From an uncultured Desulfobacterales bacterium (lineage in GTDB: Bacteria > Desulfobacterota > Desulfobacteria > Desulfobacterales > C00003060): 42,531 nucleotides of DNA. This document shows, piece by piece, positions 1-9,505 of this stretch; position 1 is the stretch's first letter, and every line of letters starts with the position of its first letter. The position numbers and the translations under genes are program-made. The stretch is from contig CAZHHS010000001.1 in NCBI GenBank assembly GCA_964532395.1, positions 1 through 42,531 of the forward strand. The letters run 5' to 3'. Under the pieces are notes generated by a model that did not search any database, was not told the DNA's origin, and saw nothing but the letters and a program-made list of their open reading frames with translations.

Positions 1-119
1 GCTCAATCGGATCGGCCAAATCCGAACCAAATCCGAGCGCCCATTCTGTGAAGTTGTTTTTGCACGAGCCCTAAGGGGTTACGCAGAGGGCACGTGGCGG
101 AAAGACCGGAGTGCTGTAC

Positions 120-605
120 CTATAAGGTGGTTTCCAGCAGGTGGGGCCAGTCCAGCCGGGAAAAGGAGTTGCTCAGACAGTGGTCATCGGCGAGGAGATG
201 AAAGGCCAGATTTTTCAAGACGTCATGGGCTCTGCGGTGAACGGGCATCCACGGGACCACTTCGTCGTTGTATCCGTGGTAGATGATAACGGGGAGGGAA
301 AGTTTTCCTGTGGGACGGAGTGAAAACTTATACCAGGAGAGCGCGGGGGCCAGAAGAATCAATTTCCGGACCCAATGCGGGTGTTTTTGGGCAAATAAAA
401 GGGCCATGACTCCACCGTAACTCGATCCCACGCAGATAATGGAACGGTGCCCAGTCAAAACGTTTTCCAGCCGAACCATTCGCTGGTCGAGATCTCCCCG
501 AAAGTCCGGGATCATCATTTCAGGGTATCTGGAACGAAAAAACCGGGCCTTGGTTCCCTGGGCGCTTCCTTGAAGACCGTGAATGAAGATGCGGGTCGGC
601 GTCAC
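120..605 (-). CDS. alpha/beta-fold hydrolase (small YqiA/esterase-like)
   Basis: 161-aa ORF. It has an IFIHGLQGS strand-loop near the N-terminus and a GSSYGG nucleophile elbow (GxSxG). The late D..H (ADDHCL) fits a Ser-Asp-His triad. Confidence 0.7.
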   Translation of the reverse strand: MTPTRIFIHGLQGSAQGTKARFFRSRYPEMMIPDFRGDLDQRMVRLENVLTGHRSIICVGSSYGGVMALLFAQKHPHWVRKLILLAPALSWYKFSLRPTGKLSLPVIIYHGYNDEVVPWMPVHRRAHDVLKNLAFHLLADDHCLSNSFSRLDWPHLLETTL

Positions 606-617
606 GGGCAGGGTGCC

Positions 618-1667
618 TTACGGTTGCGGTGAGTCATGGGAGAGCTCGGTATCGGCAGGAACGACTTGCGGACCCAGGATAACGGCGATCCACCGGGTTT
701 CTTCCCGGCTATCCAAGGCGATTTTGGCCGTCATGGTTAGTGGAACCGCCAGTAACATGCCCACCGGACCCAATACCCAGCCCCAAAAGAGCAAAGAGAG
801 AAAGACGACCAAGGGGGAGAGCCCCAAGCCCCGTCCCATAAAGCGGGGTTCGATGAGATTACCCATAAGTAGGTTGATGACCAAGTATCCGGCTGCCGCT
901 CCGATGGCCCTGACCAGTCCCAGTTGTACAATTGCCAGGAGTACCGGGGGAATGGCGGCGATGATGGAACCGATATTGGGGACATAATTCAGTGCGAAGG
1001 CCAGCAAACCCCAAAGGAGCGGATAGTCAACACCTAAAATAGTTAACCATGCGGCGGCGAGAAAACCTGTGACAAGACTGGTAACCGTCTTAATGGCCAT
1101 ATAGTGTTTTACATCTCCTATGAATTTATCCAGGTAGGCCTGAGATGTTTGGGGGTTGCGCCAAACGGAGTCGATCTTGGCGGGAAAACTTGATGCCTCC
1201 ATGAGCATGAAAATGACGGTCATGAGAATGAGGAAACCGTTGGTGAGGACATTGCCCAGGCTGTTCAAGACATTGCCCACCAACTTCATGGCCGCCGCCG
1301 GGTTGAATACATCCTTCAAGGCAAGTTTCGACGTCTTTATGCCGTGGTGGTCCAGCCAGGCAATAATGGCGGTTCGCTGGTTTTCCAGCTTGGACTCATA
1401 CAGGGGGATATCTTGGGAAAAGTCCTTTATGGAGGTTCCGATCAGACTTACAAACACCAAGCCCACCCCAAGCACGCCAAGTACCACGATGATTAATCCC
1501 AACCACCGGGGAAGACCTTTGCGTTGCATCCAAAGCATGGGCGGGGCAGTCACGATCGCGATGAATATCGCCAGGAGAAACGGAACCATAATGGCTTTGG
1601 AGGCCTGCACGCCTGCGACGATGACCACAAGCCCTGCCAGGGTGATGACGACGTGATTGGCTTTCAT
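618..1667 (-). CDS. AI-2E family (PerM/YhhT, UPF0118) membrane transporter
   Basis: 349-aa ORF with many hydrophobic helices. The C-terminal block IEPRFMGRGLGLSPLVVFLSLLFWGWVLGPVGMLLAVPLT is typical of this family. Confidence 0.7.
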   Translation of the reverse strand: MKANHVVITLAGLVVIVAGVQASKAIMVPFLLAIFIAIVTAPPMLWMQRKGLPRWLGLIIVVLGVLGVGLVFVSLIGTSIKDFSQDIPLYESKLENQRTAIIAWLDHHGIKTSKLALKDVFNPAAAMKLVGNVLNSLGNVLTNGFLILMTVIFMLMEASSFPAKIDSVWRNPQTSQAYLDKFIGDVKHYMAIKTVTSLVTGFLAAAWLTILGVDYPLLWGLLAFALNYVPNIGSIIAAIPPVLLAIVQLGLVRAIGAAAGYLVINLLMGNLIEPRFMGRGLGLSPLVVFLSLLFWGWVLGPVGMLLAVPLTMTAKIALDSREETRWIAVILGPQVVPADTELSHDSPQP

Positions 1668-1842
1668 ACCTCTCCGGCACGTATACAGAGGACGGAAACG
1701 ATGTCAAGCAGTTTCTTGTCCCGGGTATCTGTGAGTTACAAGTCGGAAAAGGGAGTTGCGGTAGACAAGTCGTTGCGTTTGTATTAAAGGATATATGTCA
1801 CTGGGGACATAATATATCAACACGTTGAAATCGGAGGTAGAC

Positions 1843-2667
1843 ATGAAAAAGCGTTTGGTTTGGATGGTTATTGTCGGGGTTGTCGTATGGGGCTTGTCGG
1901 TGTCCGGGGCGTTTTCCCAATCACTTATGATGGCGACGACCACGAGTACGGACAACACGGGACTTTTGGACCAGCTGGCGCCCTTGTTCCAAAAGGACAT
2001 GGGTATCGAATTGAAATGGACCGCTGTCGGTACGGGGAAGGCACTCAAAATGGGGGAAAACTGTGATGTGGATATACTCTTGGTCCACGCGCCGCCTGCC
2101 GAAAAGGCGTTCGTAGCCAAGGGCTTTGGTGTGGATCGAAAAGAGGTGATGTACAATGACTTCGTGATTATAGGCCCACCGGGTGATCCCGCCGAGGTCA
2201 AGGGGATGAAAGTGGCCAAAGCGATGACAACCATTGCGGATAAAGGGGCGGTTTTTGTAAGTCGAGGAGACAACTCCGGGACGAATAAAAAGGAACTCTC
2301 CTTGTGGCAGGCGGCCGGGCTGGCCGTCCCCGACAAGGCGGACTGGTATGTACAGACCGGTCAGGGGATGATCAAAACCATCCTGGTTGCTGAAGAACGT
2401 GACGGGTATACCATGACCGACCGAGGGACATACATCAAATATGAGGCGAACCAGAAGGGCACCCCCCCTTTGGTGATTCTCGTGGAAGGGGATGCTTGCC
2501 TCTTCAACCAATACAGTGTGATAGCCGTGAATCCAAAGCGTTGTGAATCGGTTGCATACGATTCGGCCACAACCTTCTCCAGCTGGATTACATCACCGGA
2601 GGTCCAAAAGATTATCGGTGACTTCAGATTGTTGGGAAAACAACTTTTTACTCCGAACGCTCAATAG
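1843..2667 (+). CDS. tupA: periplasmic tungstate(/molybdate)-binding protein, TupA-like
   Basis: 274 aa from ATG 1843, with GGAGG at 1833-1837. Signal peptide MKKRLVWMVIVGVVVWGLSVSGAFS. The mature N-terminus ATTTSTDNTGLLD carries the TTTS anion-binding motif I associate with TupA. Permease and ATPase genes follow. Confidence 0.65.
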   Translation: MKKRLVWMVIVGVVVWGLSVSGAFSQSLMMATTTSTDNTGLLDQLAPLFQKDMGIELKWTAVGTGKALKMGENCDVDILLVHAPPAEKAFVAKGFGVDRKEVMYNDFVIIGPPGDPAEVKGMKVAKAMTTIADKGAVFVSRGDNSGTNKKELSLWQAAGLAVPDKADWYVQTGQGMIKTILVAEERDGYTMTDRGTYIKYEANQKGTPPLVILVEGDACLFNQYSVIAVNPKRCESVAYDSATTFSSWITSPEVQKIIGDFRLLGKQLFTPNAQ

Positions 2668-2704
2668 GAACACACGGGCTGCTTGGCCGGGACGTCGTTA
2701 AGGC

Positions 2705-3400
2705 ATGGAATACATTTTAGAAGGGCTCCTTCAGGCCTTAACCCTTCTCGGTTCGGGACACGAAGAGACGTATTCGGCAATTCGGGTCACCGTCTCGGTA
2801 TCGATGTTGTCCATTACCGCCAGCCTTCTTATCGGCGCACCGTTGGGGTTCTTCTTGGGGTATGCCCGATTCAAAGGTCGACGGGTCATTCGGACCATTG
2901 TGGACACCCTCCTTTCTTTCCCCACCGTGGTCATCGGTCTGTTGGTTTACGCCCTGGTGTCCAGGCGGGGACCACTCGGAGACCTGGGGTTGCTCTTTAC
3001 CCTTCCCGGCATTGCGATAGGGCAGACCATATTGGGAGTTCCGATCATCGTGGCCATGACAGCCACGGCCGTTGAGAACCTGGATAGACGACTAAAGTTT
3101 ACCCTCATGACGCTCGGAGCCGGGCCCCGCCAGATTTTGCTAACCACCTTGTGGGAGGCACGCTTCAGCCTCATGCTGGCGGCGGTTGCGGCTTATGGTC
3201 GCATTGTTTCCGAAGTCGGCATTTCCATGATGGTGGGAGGCAATATCAAATGGCATACCCGAACCATTACTACGGCGGTGGCCCTGGAGACGGGGAAGGG
3301 AGAATTCGCCATGGGAATTGCTCTGGGAATGGTGCTCATGATCATCGCATTGGCGGTCAATCTGTTCCTTCTGGGGCTCAGAAAGCGGGTTAACCAATGA
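2705..3400 (+). CDS. tupB: ABC transporter permease, TupB-like
   Basis: 231-aa hydrophobic protein with about 5-6 helices, between the binding protein and the ATPase. ATGA start/stop overlap with the next gene. Confidence 0.65.
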   Translation: MEYILEGLLQALTLLGSGHEETYSAIRVTVSVSMLSITASLLIGAPLGFFLGYARFKGRRVIRTIVDTLLSFPTVVIGLLVYALVSRRGPLGDLGLLFTLPGIAIGQTILGVPIIVAMTATAVENLDRRLKFTLMTLGAGPRQILLTTLWEARFSLMLAAVAAYGRIVSEVGISMMVGGNIKWHTRTITTAVALETGKGEFAMGIALGMVLMIIALAVNLFLLGLRKRVNQ

Positions 3401-4068
3401 AGCGGCAAAGTCACGATGTCCCCTCGTATCGGCTGGAGGGCGTGTCCCAGGACTATGCCGGAAAGACCGTCCTGAAGATTGACTCGCTTTCAATCGAGCG
3501 ACGCAGCATCACCGGGATTGTCGGTCCCAACGGCAGCGGTAAGAGTACCCTGTTAAGAATTCTCGCCTTTCTGGAAGAACCGGTCCGGGGCCGGGTATTC
3601 TTTGATGGGTGTCCGCGCTCCGCCGCCCAGGGCAGGGCCGGGGGCAAGGTGACGATGATGCCCCAAGAGCCCTACCTGTTGAAACGGTCTGTGGAAAACA
3701 ACGTGGCATACGGGTTGAAAGTCCGAGGGGTGAAAGATTGGCGTAATCAAGTTAAGGAAGTATTGAACAGGGTCGGGTTGTCCCCTGAACACTTTTCCCG
3801 GCGTCCCTGGTACGAGCTTTCGGGGGGCGAAGCGCAACGAGTAGCTCTGGCTGCCAGACTGGTGTTGCGACCCCGAGTGCTTTTGTTGGATGAACCGACG
3901 ACCAGCCTGGATGCGGAAAGCGCTGAACGTATCAAAGCAGCCGTTCGGGCAGCAAGAAAAGAGTGGAAGACCACCCTTGTGGTAGTGAGTCATGACACGA
4001 AATGGCTCGATACCCTTTGTGATCAAATTCTCTTCATGGCCTACGGAGAGTTGGAAGCGGTTCGATAG
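3397..4068 (+). CDS. tupC: ABC transporter ATP-binding protein, TupC-like
   Basis: Walker A GPNGSGKST, ABC signature LSGGEAQR, Walker B LLLDEPT, H-loop VVVSHD. Confidence 0.75.
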   Translation: MKRQSHDVPSYRLEGVSQDYAGKTVLKIDSLSIERRSITGIVGPNGSGKSTLLRILAFLEEPVRGRVFFDGCPRSAAQGRAGGKVTMMPQEPYLLKRSVENNVAYGLKVRGVKDWRNQVKEVLNRVGLSPEHFSRRPWYELSGGEAQRVALAARLVLRPRVLLLDEPTTSLDAESAERIKAAVRAARKEWKTTLVVVSHDTKWLDTLCDQILFMAYGELEAVR

Positions 4069-4093
4069 GGTTTCCCGTCGAGGGCTATTAACC

Positions 4094-4849
4094 TTAGGCC
4101 GGCGGCACCCAACGCCCTTTGGCGGCATCGTAACACCAGCTGTTGTAGAGGGCTGCCTTGGAAGAGAATTTTGGGTTTTTGGCCCAGTTCAGGAGCTGGG
4201 CATGGGCCTCGTTGATACGGACGAAACGGCTGCGCATGCCGCCTTTGTCCGGATGGTGTTGTTTGGCTTTTTTTCGATAGGCCGATTTCAGTGATTCCAC
4301 CCCGTTACCGGACAAAATCTGCTCCTTGGTCAGTTTTAAAAGCTTCAGGGCCCGGGTCTGAGCCTCGTTCAGTTGGGGCCTCTTTTTGGACACAGGGACA
4401 ACCGTGTTCAGGGGGATGTCTTTGCGAAGGGTTTCATCCAGCAGATGTTGTGACGCCCACCAACTCGAACCGGTTTCGTTTTCCTTCCGGTACCATTGCC
4501 GACCGGCATGATCAACCATTTGCAGTAGTTCATCGGCCACTTTGCCGGCCCCATTTCGTTGCCACACAAACCGGGAGACGACCTCCGAACCGACGGGTAA
4601 CACATCCAGAATCAGGATGCTTGAGGTGTAGGAAAAAGCGGCGTATCGGCAACGCAAGGCCTGTAAGAGTCCTGTGCAGATGTAGAGTGCAAAATCGAGG
4701 CGTTGTTTGCATTTGTCACTACAATACCGCCGTCTTCGCTTGGGCAGGGGGGTACACCCACAGGCGAGGCAGATGCGTCCACCCATATGGTTTTGTACCG
4801 CCGGCAGGTCGTTTCGAGCAGCCTCTTTGATACCGTCTTCTTTCACCAT
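4094..4849 (-). CDS. J-domain protein with N-terminal Cys-cluster (zinc-ribbon-like)
   Basis: 251 aa from ATG at 4847-4849. C-terminal J-domain with the HPD tripeptide (AYRKKAKQHHPDKGG...INEAHAQL). N-terminal CLACGC-x13-CSDKC. The longer ORF reaching 5122 overlaps pyrE and was trimmed. Confidence 0.6.
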   Translation of the reverse strand: MVKEDGIKEAARNDLPAVQNHMGGRICLACGCTPLPKRRRRYCSDKCKQRLDFALYICTGLLQALRCRYAAFSYTSSILILDVLPVGSEVVSRFVWQRNGAGKVADELLQMVDHAGRQWYRKENETGSSWWASQHLLDETLRKDIPLNTVVPVSKKRPQLNEAQTRALKLLKLTKEQILSGNGVESLKSAYRKKAKQHHPDKGGMRSRFVRINEAHAQLLNWAKNPKFSSKAALYNSWCYDAAKGRWVPPA

Positions 4850-4863
4850 ATATTCGTCCACTT

Positions 4864-4882
4864 TTCTCCGACAGGCTCCTAG
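4864..4882. repeat. 19-nt exact repeat TTCTCCGACAGGCTCCTAG (copy 1)
   Basis: Identical to 17348-17366. It lies in the pyrE/J-domain intergenic spacer and includes the pyrE stop codon on the complementary strand. Confidence 0.8.
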
Positions 4883-5439
4883 GAAGTCCCCTGGGTAGCC
4901 GCCATCAGGTCTGAAACAGTAACGAGCGCCGTGGCGGTGGCTACGTTTTCCCGTAGCGCTTCCATACCTCCTTCCTGACGGTCCACCAGAGCCACTGCCT
5001 GTTCCACCAGGAGACCTTCCGCACGGGCTCGTTTTATGGCCTTTATGGCCGACCCGCCGGTGGTGATGACGTCTTCCACGATGACCACGTGTTGTCCCGG
5101 AGCCAAGTCGCCCTCGATCCAACGGATGATACCGTGGGACTTTTGTGTCTTGCGGATGGAAAAGGCCTTTAACGGCCTCTTTTCCAGGTACGAGGCAAAA
5201 GCGGTTGCCATGGCTACCGGATCGGCGCCGAAAGTAAGGCCGCCGACGCCCGCCACATGGGTGTCCTTAATGCACTCCAGTACCAGATGTCCTACCAGAA
5301 ACATCCCTTTGGGATGTAAGGTCGTGGGCTTACAGTTAACATAATACCGGCTCTGGCGGCCGGAGGCCAGCCTGTATATCGGTTTCTCGTCGTGCATAAA
5401 CGACTTTCGGCAAAGCATTTCAATCAGTTGAGTCTTCAT
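4879..5439 (-). CDS. pyrE: orotate phosphoribosyltransferase
   Basis: 186 aa from ATG 5437-5439, with a GAGG RBS 6 nt upstream. PRPP-binding loop [13 protein letters not shown]. The overall length and layout are OPRTase-like. Confidence 0.8.
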   Translation of the reverse strand: MKTQLIEMLCRKSFMHDEKPIYRLASGRQSRYYVNCKPTTLHPKGMFLVGHLVLECIKDTHVAGVGGLTFGADPVAMATAFASYLEKRPLKAFSIRKTQKSHGIIRWIEGDLAPGQHVVIVEDVITTGGSAIKAIKRARAEGLLVEQAVALVDRQEGGMEALRENVATATALVTVSDLMAATQGTS

Positions 5440-5635
5440 GGGTACCTCGTAAACAGTGGGAATATTCCACTCAATGACAGCGCCCACATGGTAACACGCC
5501 GGGGGGGTCCTGACAATACCCAGGCGGTGCCCTTTATTCGCTTATGACATTGTGCTATGAGGTTCTCGATCTATTGGCAGACCGGCCGTCCTGCGCAGGA
5601 GCAACCGACGGGTCCGGGCGGTAAATAGGGGGCGG

Positions 5636-7060
5636 GTGGCATTATTTATGGAGAACGACTTAAGACAACCGAGCAAATGGCTGGTCTTCTCCTTTGTGGG
5701 TATCGGCATCTTTATGTCCACTTTGGACAGCAGTATCGTCAACGTGGCCCTGCCGACGATCATGGAAGACTTCAATGTAACTTTGTCCACAATGGAATGG
5801 GTGGTGATGATCTACTTGCTGACCGTTTCCGCGCTTTTGCTCAATTTTGGAAGACTGAGTGATATTCGAGGCAGGCGATGGGTGTATAGCCGGGGTCTGA
5901 TCGTTTTTTCCATTGCTTCTCTGCTTTGCGGCCTTGCTCAAAGCGCGCCCTGGCTGATTGCTTTTCGACTTTTGCAGGGTGTGGGTGCTTCCATGATCAT
6001 GGCCTGCACGCCCGCCTTGATCGTAGATACCTTTCCGGCTTCCCAACGTGGCAAAGCGCTCGGTATGGTGGGGACCGTTGTCGCTGCCGGACTAACGACG
6101 GGTCCCGCCTTGGGTGGGGCGTTGTTGCATCTGTTTTCCTGGCCCTTTATTTTCTATGTCAATGTGCCCATCGGGCTGGTGTCCGCCTGGGTTATCTCCA
6201 GGCTTCTTCGCGGGAGCCACGCTGATAAAGGCGTTGAAGAACAGTTTGATTGGGTAGGGGCGTTGTTGCTGGTGTTGTCTCTTGCCGCTTTGTTGGTTTG
6301 CCTCAGTCATGGATATGCCTGGGGGTATGCATCCCCTCGGACCCTTACCCTGGCGGTTATAGGGCTTGTCTCGTTGGGGTTTTTCATCCGTGCGGAAAAG
6401 CGGGTTCCCTGTCCCGTCATGGATCTCTCTTTGTTTACCATTCGTTTGTTTACGATGCCCGTGGCGAGTGCCGTGACCCTGTTCATTACCCTTTTTGCCG
6501 TGGTATTCCTCATGCCTTTTTATCTGGTGCATCCGTGCGGATTCGGCGTAGACACGGTGGGAATGATCATGGTGACCCCATTTGTATTTCTTTTCTTTCT
6601 TTCCCCCCTGTCCGGGTGGATCTACGACTTCCTGGGATCCAGGTTTCTTTGCACGACGGGGATGATCTGTTTGGCTGCTGGGCTTTTTGCCCTGTCGGCA
6701 CTCGCGGCATCGACGTCGATCACGCAGATTCTTTGGCGTTTGGCCTTGATCGGAATCGGAACGGCGGTCTTTTTACCACCGAACAGTTCTGCGGCCATGA
6801 CGGCCGTACCGGTGGCCCGCCGCGGAACGGCCGCGGCCACGGTGGCCATGGCCCGTAACCTGGGTATGGTGGTCGGCGTCGCGCAAGCCGGGGCCATTTT
6901 CAATAGTACGTTTTACCGTCTCAGCGGTGGGGAGACCTTCCGGAGTTACACGGATTCTTTGGAGTCGGCCTTCATGTCGGCATTCAGGTTGTCCCTGCTA
7001 GCCGCCGCGGGTGTGGCGATCATCGGTGCCGTCTTGGCGCTGATGCGGGGTAAGGGATAG
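5636..7060 (+). CDS. MFS transporter, DHA2 (EmrB/QacA-like, 14-TM) family
   Basis: 474 aa with about 14 hydrophobic segments. LDSSIVNVALPTI and GRLSDIRGRR motifs are typical of drug:H+ antiporter-2 proteins. The start may instead be ATG 5648. Confidence 0.75.
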   Translation: MALFMENDLRQPSKWLVFSFVGIGIFMSTLDSSIVNVALPTIMEDFNVTLSTMEWVVMIYLLTVSALLLNFGRLSDIRGRRWVYSRGLIVFSIASLLCGLAQSAPWLIAFRLLQGVGASMIMACTPALIVDTFPASQRGKALGMVGTVVAAGLTTGPALGGALLHLFSWPFIFYVNVPIGLVSAWVISRLLRGSHADKGVEEQFDWVGALLLVLSLAALLVCLSHGYAWGYASPRTLTLAVIGLVSLGFFIRAEKRVPCPVMDLSLFTIRLFTMPVASAVTLFITLFAVVFLMPFYLVHPCGFGVDTVGMIMVTPFVFLFFLSPLSGWIYDFLGSRFLCTTGMICLAAGLFALSALAASTSITQILWRLALIGIGTAVFLPPNSSAAMTAVPVARRGTAAATVAMARNLGMVVGVAQAGAIFNSTFYRLSGGETFRSYTDSLESAFMSAFRLSLLAAAGVAIIGAVLALMRGKG

Positions 7061-7230
7061 ATGCGATACCCCGGCACCAGCGTTGATACGGTGAGCCAAG
7101 ACCGGAAAAAAGACGATTGCCGGTCGGGCAAGGCATCCAAATACCCAAGGCCTGGACCTAAAGGCAAGATAGTGATATGGGTTAAAGAAAATCCCCGTAT
7201 TTGGGAGCAACGTTTAGCAAGGAGCATCAC

Positions 7231-7701
7231 ATGGCGGACATCGATCTTTCTCAGCTTGGGCCGGTACTCGATTCTTATAGAAACAAGAAAGGGGTCCTAA
7301 TTCCCCTATTACAGGACATCCAGGAAACCTTCGGCTATGTTCCGCCCGAGGCAGTGGAGCTGATCTACGAAGAATTCGGAATTCCCGCTGTTGATACGTA
7401 CGGGGTCCTCACTTTCTACTCGCAGTTTTATCTCACACCACGGGGAAAACATACGATACGGGCTTGCCAAGGGACGGCGTGCTATATAATGGGAGGTCGG
7501 GAAATCCTGGAACAACTAAAGACCACCCTGGACGTTTCGGTCGGGGAAACAACGCAGGACGGGATGTTTACTCTGGAAACGGTGGCTTGTTTGGGATGTT
7601 GTGGCATGGCCCCGGTGATTAATATCGATGACAAGCTTTACGGAAAGTCTTCGATTGCCAAAAGTAAAGTGTTGGTAGAGGAATGCCGGTGCAAGGAATG
7701 A
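7231..7701 (+). CDS. NuoE/HydC/StnA-like thioredoxin-fold [2Fe-2S] subunit
   Basis: 156 aa from ATG 7231, with AGGAG at 7220-7224. Cys pattern RACQGTAC ... ACLGCCGMAP as in the 24-kDa subunit family. Confidence 0.8.
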   Translation: MADIDLSQLGPVLDSYRNKKGVLIPLLQDIQETFGYVPPEAVELIYEEFGIPAVDTYGVLTFYSQFYLTPRGKHTIRACQGTACYIMGGREILEQLKTTLDVSVGETTQDGMFTLETVACLGCCGMAPVINIDDKLYGKSSIAKSKVLVEECRCKE

Positions 7702-7738
7702 TTGCCGCGGAAATACGCAATTGAAAGAGGATACGTGA

Positions 7739-9493
7739 ATGGCGAACAGGATTTTGATCTGCACGGGTTCCAGCGGGATTTCCGCCGGCGCTCTGGATGT
7801 GGCGGAAGCATTTGAAAGGGAACTGGCCCGCCAGGGCCTCGCGAGCGATTATGAGGTGGTTAAGGTGGGGGACAGAGGCCTTTTCCGGGACGTCCTCGTC
7901 GATATCGTATTGGAAGATAACCAGCGGGTGACCTACGAATATGTGACCGCAGAGGATGTTCCCGCCATTGTGACACAACACCTTCGAGAAGGGGTGTATG
8001 TCGAAAATCGGCTGGCCGGCGAGGATTATGAACGGTTTTTTGAGGGGCAAATGCGGGTCGTCCTTGCCAACTGTGGAGAGATTGATCCGGAACGTATAGA
8101 CCAATACCGGGCCGGTGGTGGCTATGAGGCCCTGGTTCAGGCCCTACAGATGACGCCTGATGAAGTAATAGCTGAAGTGAAGGATTCCGGCCTCGGCGGT
8201 CGGGGTGGCGCCGGGTTTAGTACGGGGTTGAAGTGGCAGTTTGCCCGGGCGGCACCGGGGGACATTAAATATATGATTTGTAACGCCGACGAAGGCGATC
8301 CGGGCGCATTTATGGACAGGAGCGTCCTGGAAGGCGACCCCCATGCGGTATTGGAGGGGATGGCCATCGGTGCCTATGCCATGGGCTCTTCGGAGGGATA
8401 TATCTATTGTCGGGCGGAGTACCCCTTGGCGCTGAAGCGTCTTGACATTGCCATTGATCAAGCCAAACAGGAGGGCTTGCTCGGCCCGAATATTCTGGGA
8501 ACGGATTTTTCTTTTGAGGTGTCGATTGTTCAGGGTGCCGGTGCCTTTGTTTGCGGCGAGGAAACGGCTCTCATGGCCTCGATTGAGGGCCAGCGGGGCA
8601 TGCCCCGGGTACGGCCGCCCTTTCCGGCGCAAAAGGGCTTGTATGGCAAGCCGACAAACATCAACAATGTTGAGACCCTGGCCAATGTCAGGCATATCAT
8701 TACCCGAGGGGCCGGATGGTTCGCCGGTATCGGTACCGACAAATCAAAGGGGACCAAGGTGTTTGCCTTGGCGGGAAAGATCAAAAATACGGGCCTGGTG
8801 GAGGTTCCAATGGGAACCTCTATCCATGACCTTGTGTTCGGTCCCGGAGGTGGCCCGCTAAACAAGCGGGCGGGGGTAAAAGCGGTGCAAATGGGTGGGC
8901 CCTCCGGCGGATGTATTCCCGCCGACCTGCATGATCTGTCCATCGACTATCAATCGATTAATGAAACCGGGGCGATCATGGGTTCAGGCGGCATTATTGT
9001 GGTGGATGCCAAGACGTGTATGGTGGACGTGGCGCGATACTTCCTTAACTTCACGGTGGAGGAGTCGTGCGGCAAGTGTGTTCCGTGTCGTGTCGGCCTC
9101 AAGAGACTCCACGAAGTGTTGACGGAAATCACCGAAGGACGAGGTACCCCAGAGCAGATCGATTTTCTCCAAAGCATGTCCGAGACGATCAAAAATACCT
9201 CCCTTTGCGGTCTGGGAAACACGGCTCCCAATCCGGTGCTCACCACGCTGAGGTACTTTCGGGATGAATATGAAGCGCATGTCGAGCAACAGGAATGCCC
9301 GGCCCATGTTTGTACGGCCTTGTTACACTTTGAGGTGGATGAAACCAAGTGTACGAAGTGTGGGCGGTGTGCCCAGGTGTGCCCGGCGGAGGCCATCACC
9401 TGGAAGAAGAAGTCGTACGCCAAGATCGACAAAGAAAAATGTATCAAATGTAAATCCTGTATATTGGCCTGTGAGTTTATGGCGATCCGGTGA
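7739..9493 (+). CDS. NuoF/HydB/StnB-like FMN- and NAD(H)-binding FeS flavoprotein
   Basis: 584 aa. FMN/NADH loops GLGGRGGAGFSTGLKW and ICNADEGDPGAFMDR, N3-type cluster CGKCVPCRVG, and C-terminal 2x[4Fe-4S] (CTKCGRCAQVCP, CIKCKSCILAC). It also has a ~110-aa N-terminal thioredoxin-like extension. Confidence 0.85.
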   Translation: MANRILICTGSSGISAGALDVAEAFERELARQGLASDYEVVKVGDRGLFRDVLVDIVLEDNQRVTYEYVTAEDVPAIVTQHLREGVYVENRLAGEDYERFFEGQMRVVLANCGEIDPERIDQYRAGGGYEALVQALQMTPDEVIAEVKDSGLGGRGGAGFSTGLKWQFARAAPGDIKYMICNADEGDPGAFMDRSVLEGDPHAVLEGMAIGAYAMGSSEGYIYCRAEYPLALKRLDIAIDQAKQEGLLGPNILGTDFSFEVSIVQGAGAFVCGEETALMASIEGQRGMPRVRPPFPAQKGLYGKPTNINNVETLANVRHIITRGAGWFAGIGTDKSKGTKVFALAGKIKNTGLVEVPMGTSIHDLVFGPGGGPLNKRAGVKAVQMGGPSGGCIPADLHDLSIDYQSINETGAIMGSGGIIVVDAKTCMVDVARYFLNFTVEESCGKCVPCRVGLKRLHEVLTEITEGRGTPEQIDFLQSMSETIKNTSLCGLGNTAPNPVLTTLRYFRDEYEAHVEQQECPAHVCTALLHFEVDETKCTKCGRCAQVCPAEAITWKKKSYAKIDKEKCIKCKSCILACEFMAIR

Positions 9494-9505
9494 GGAAATG
9501 GAAAA

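Noticed and set aside
1668-1842. Possible molybdenum/tungsten-cofactor (Moco-type) riboswitch in the 175-nt tupA leader
   Set aside because: The location would fit, but I could not recognise the conserved Moco-motif helices or loops by eye. Only a short direct repeat (ACAAGTCG twice) is visible. A covariance-model scan (Rfam RF01055) is needed before any claim.
4850-5122. N-terminal 91-aa extension of ORF 4094..5122 (-), rich in Arg, Gly and His
   Set aside because: It overlaps the 3' part of pyrE on the same strand in another frame, and it is low-complexity. An internal ATG at 4847-4849 gives a sensible non-overlapping gene.
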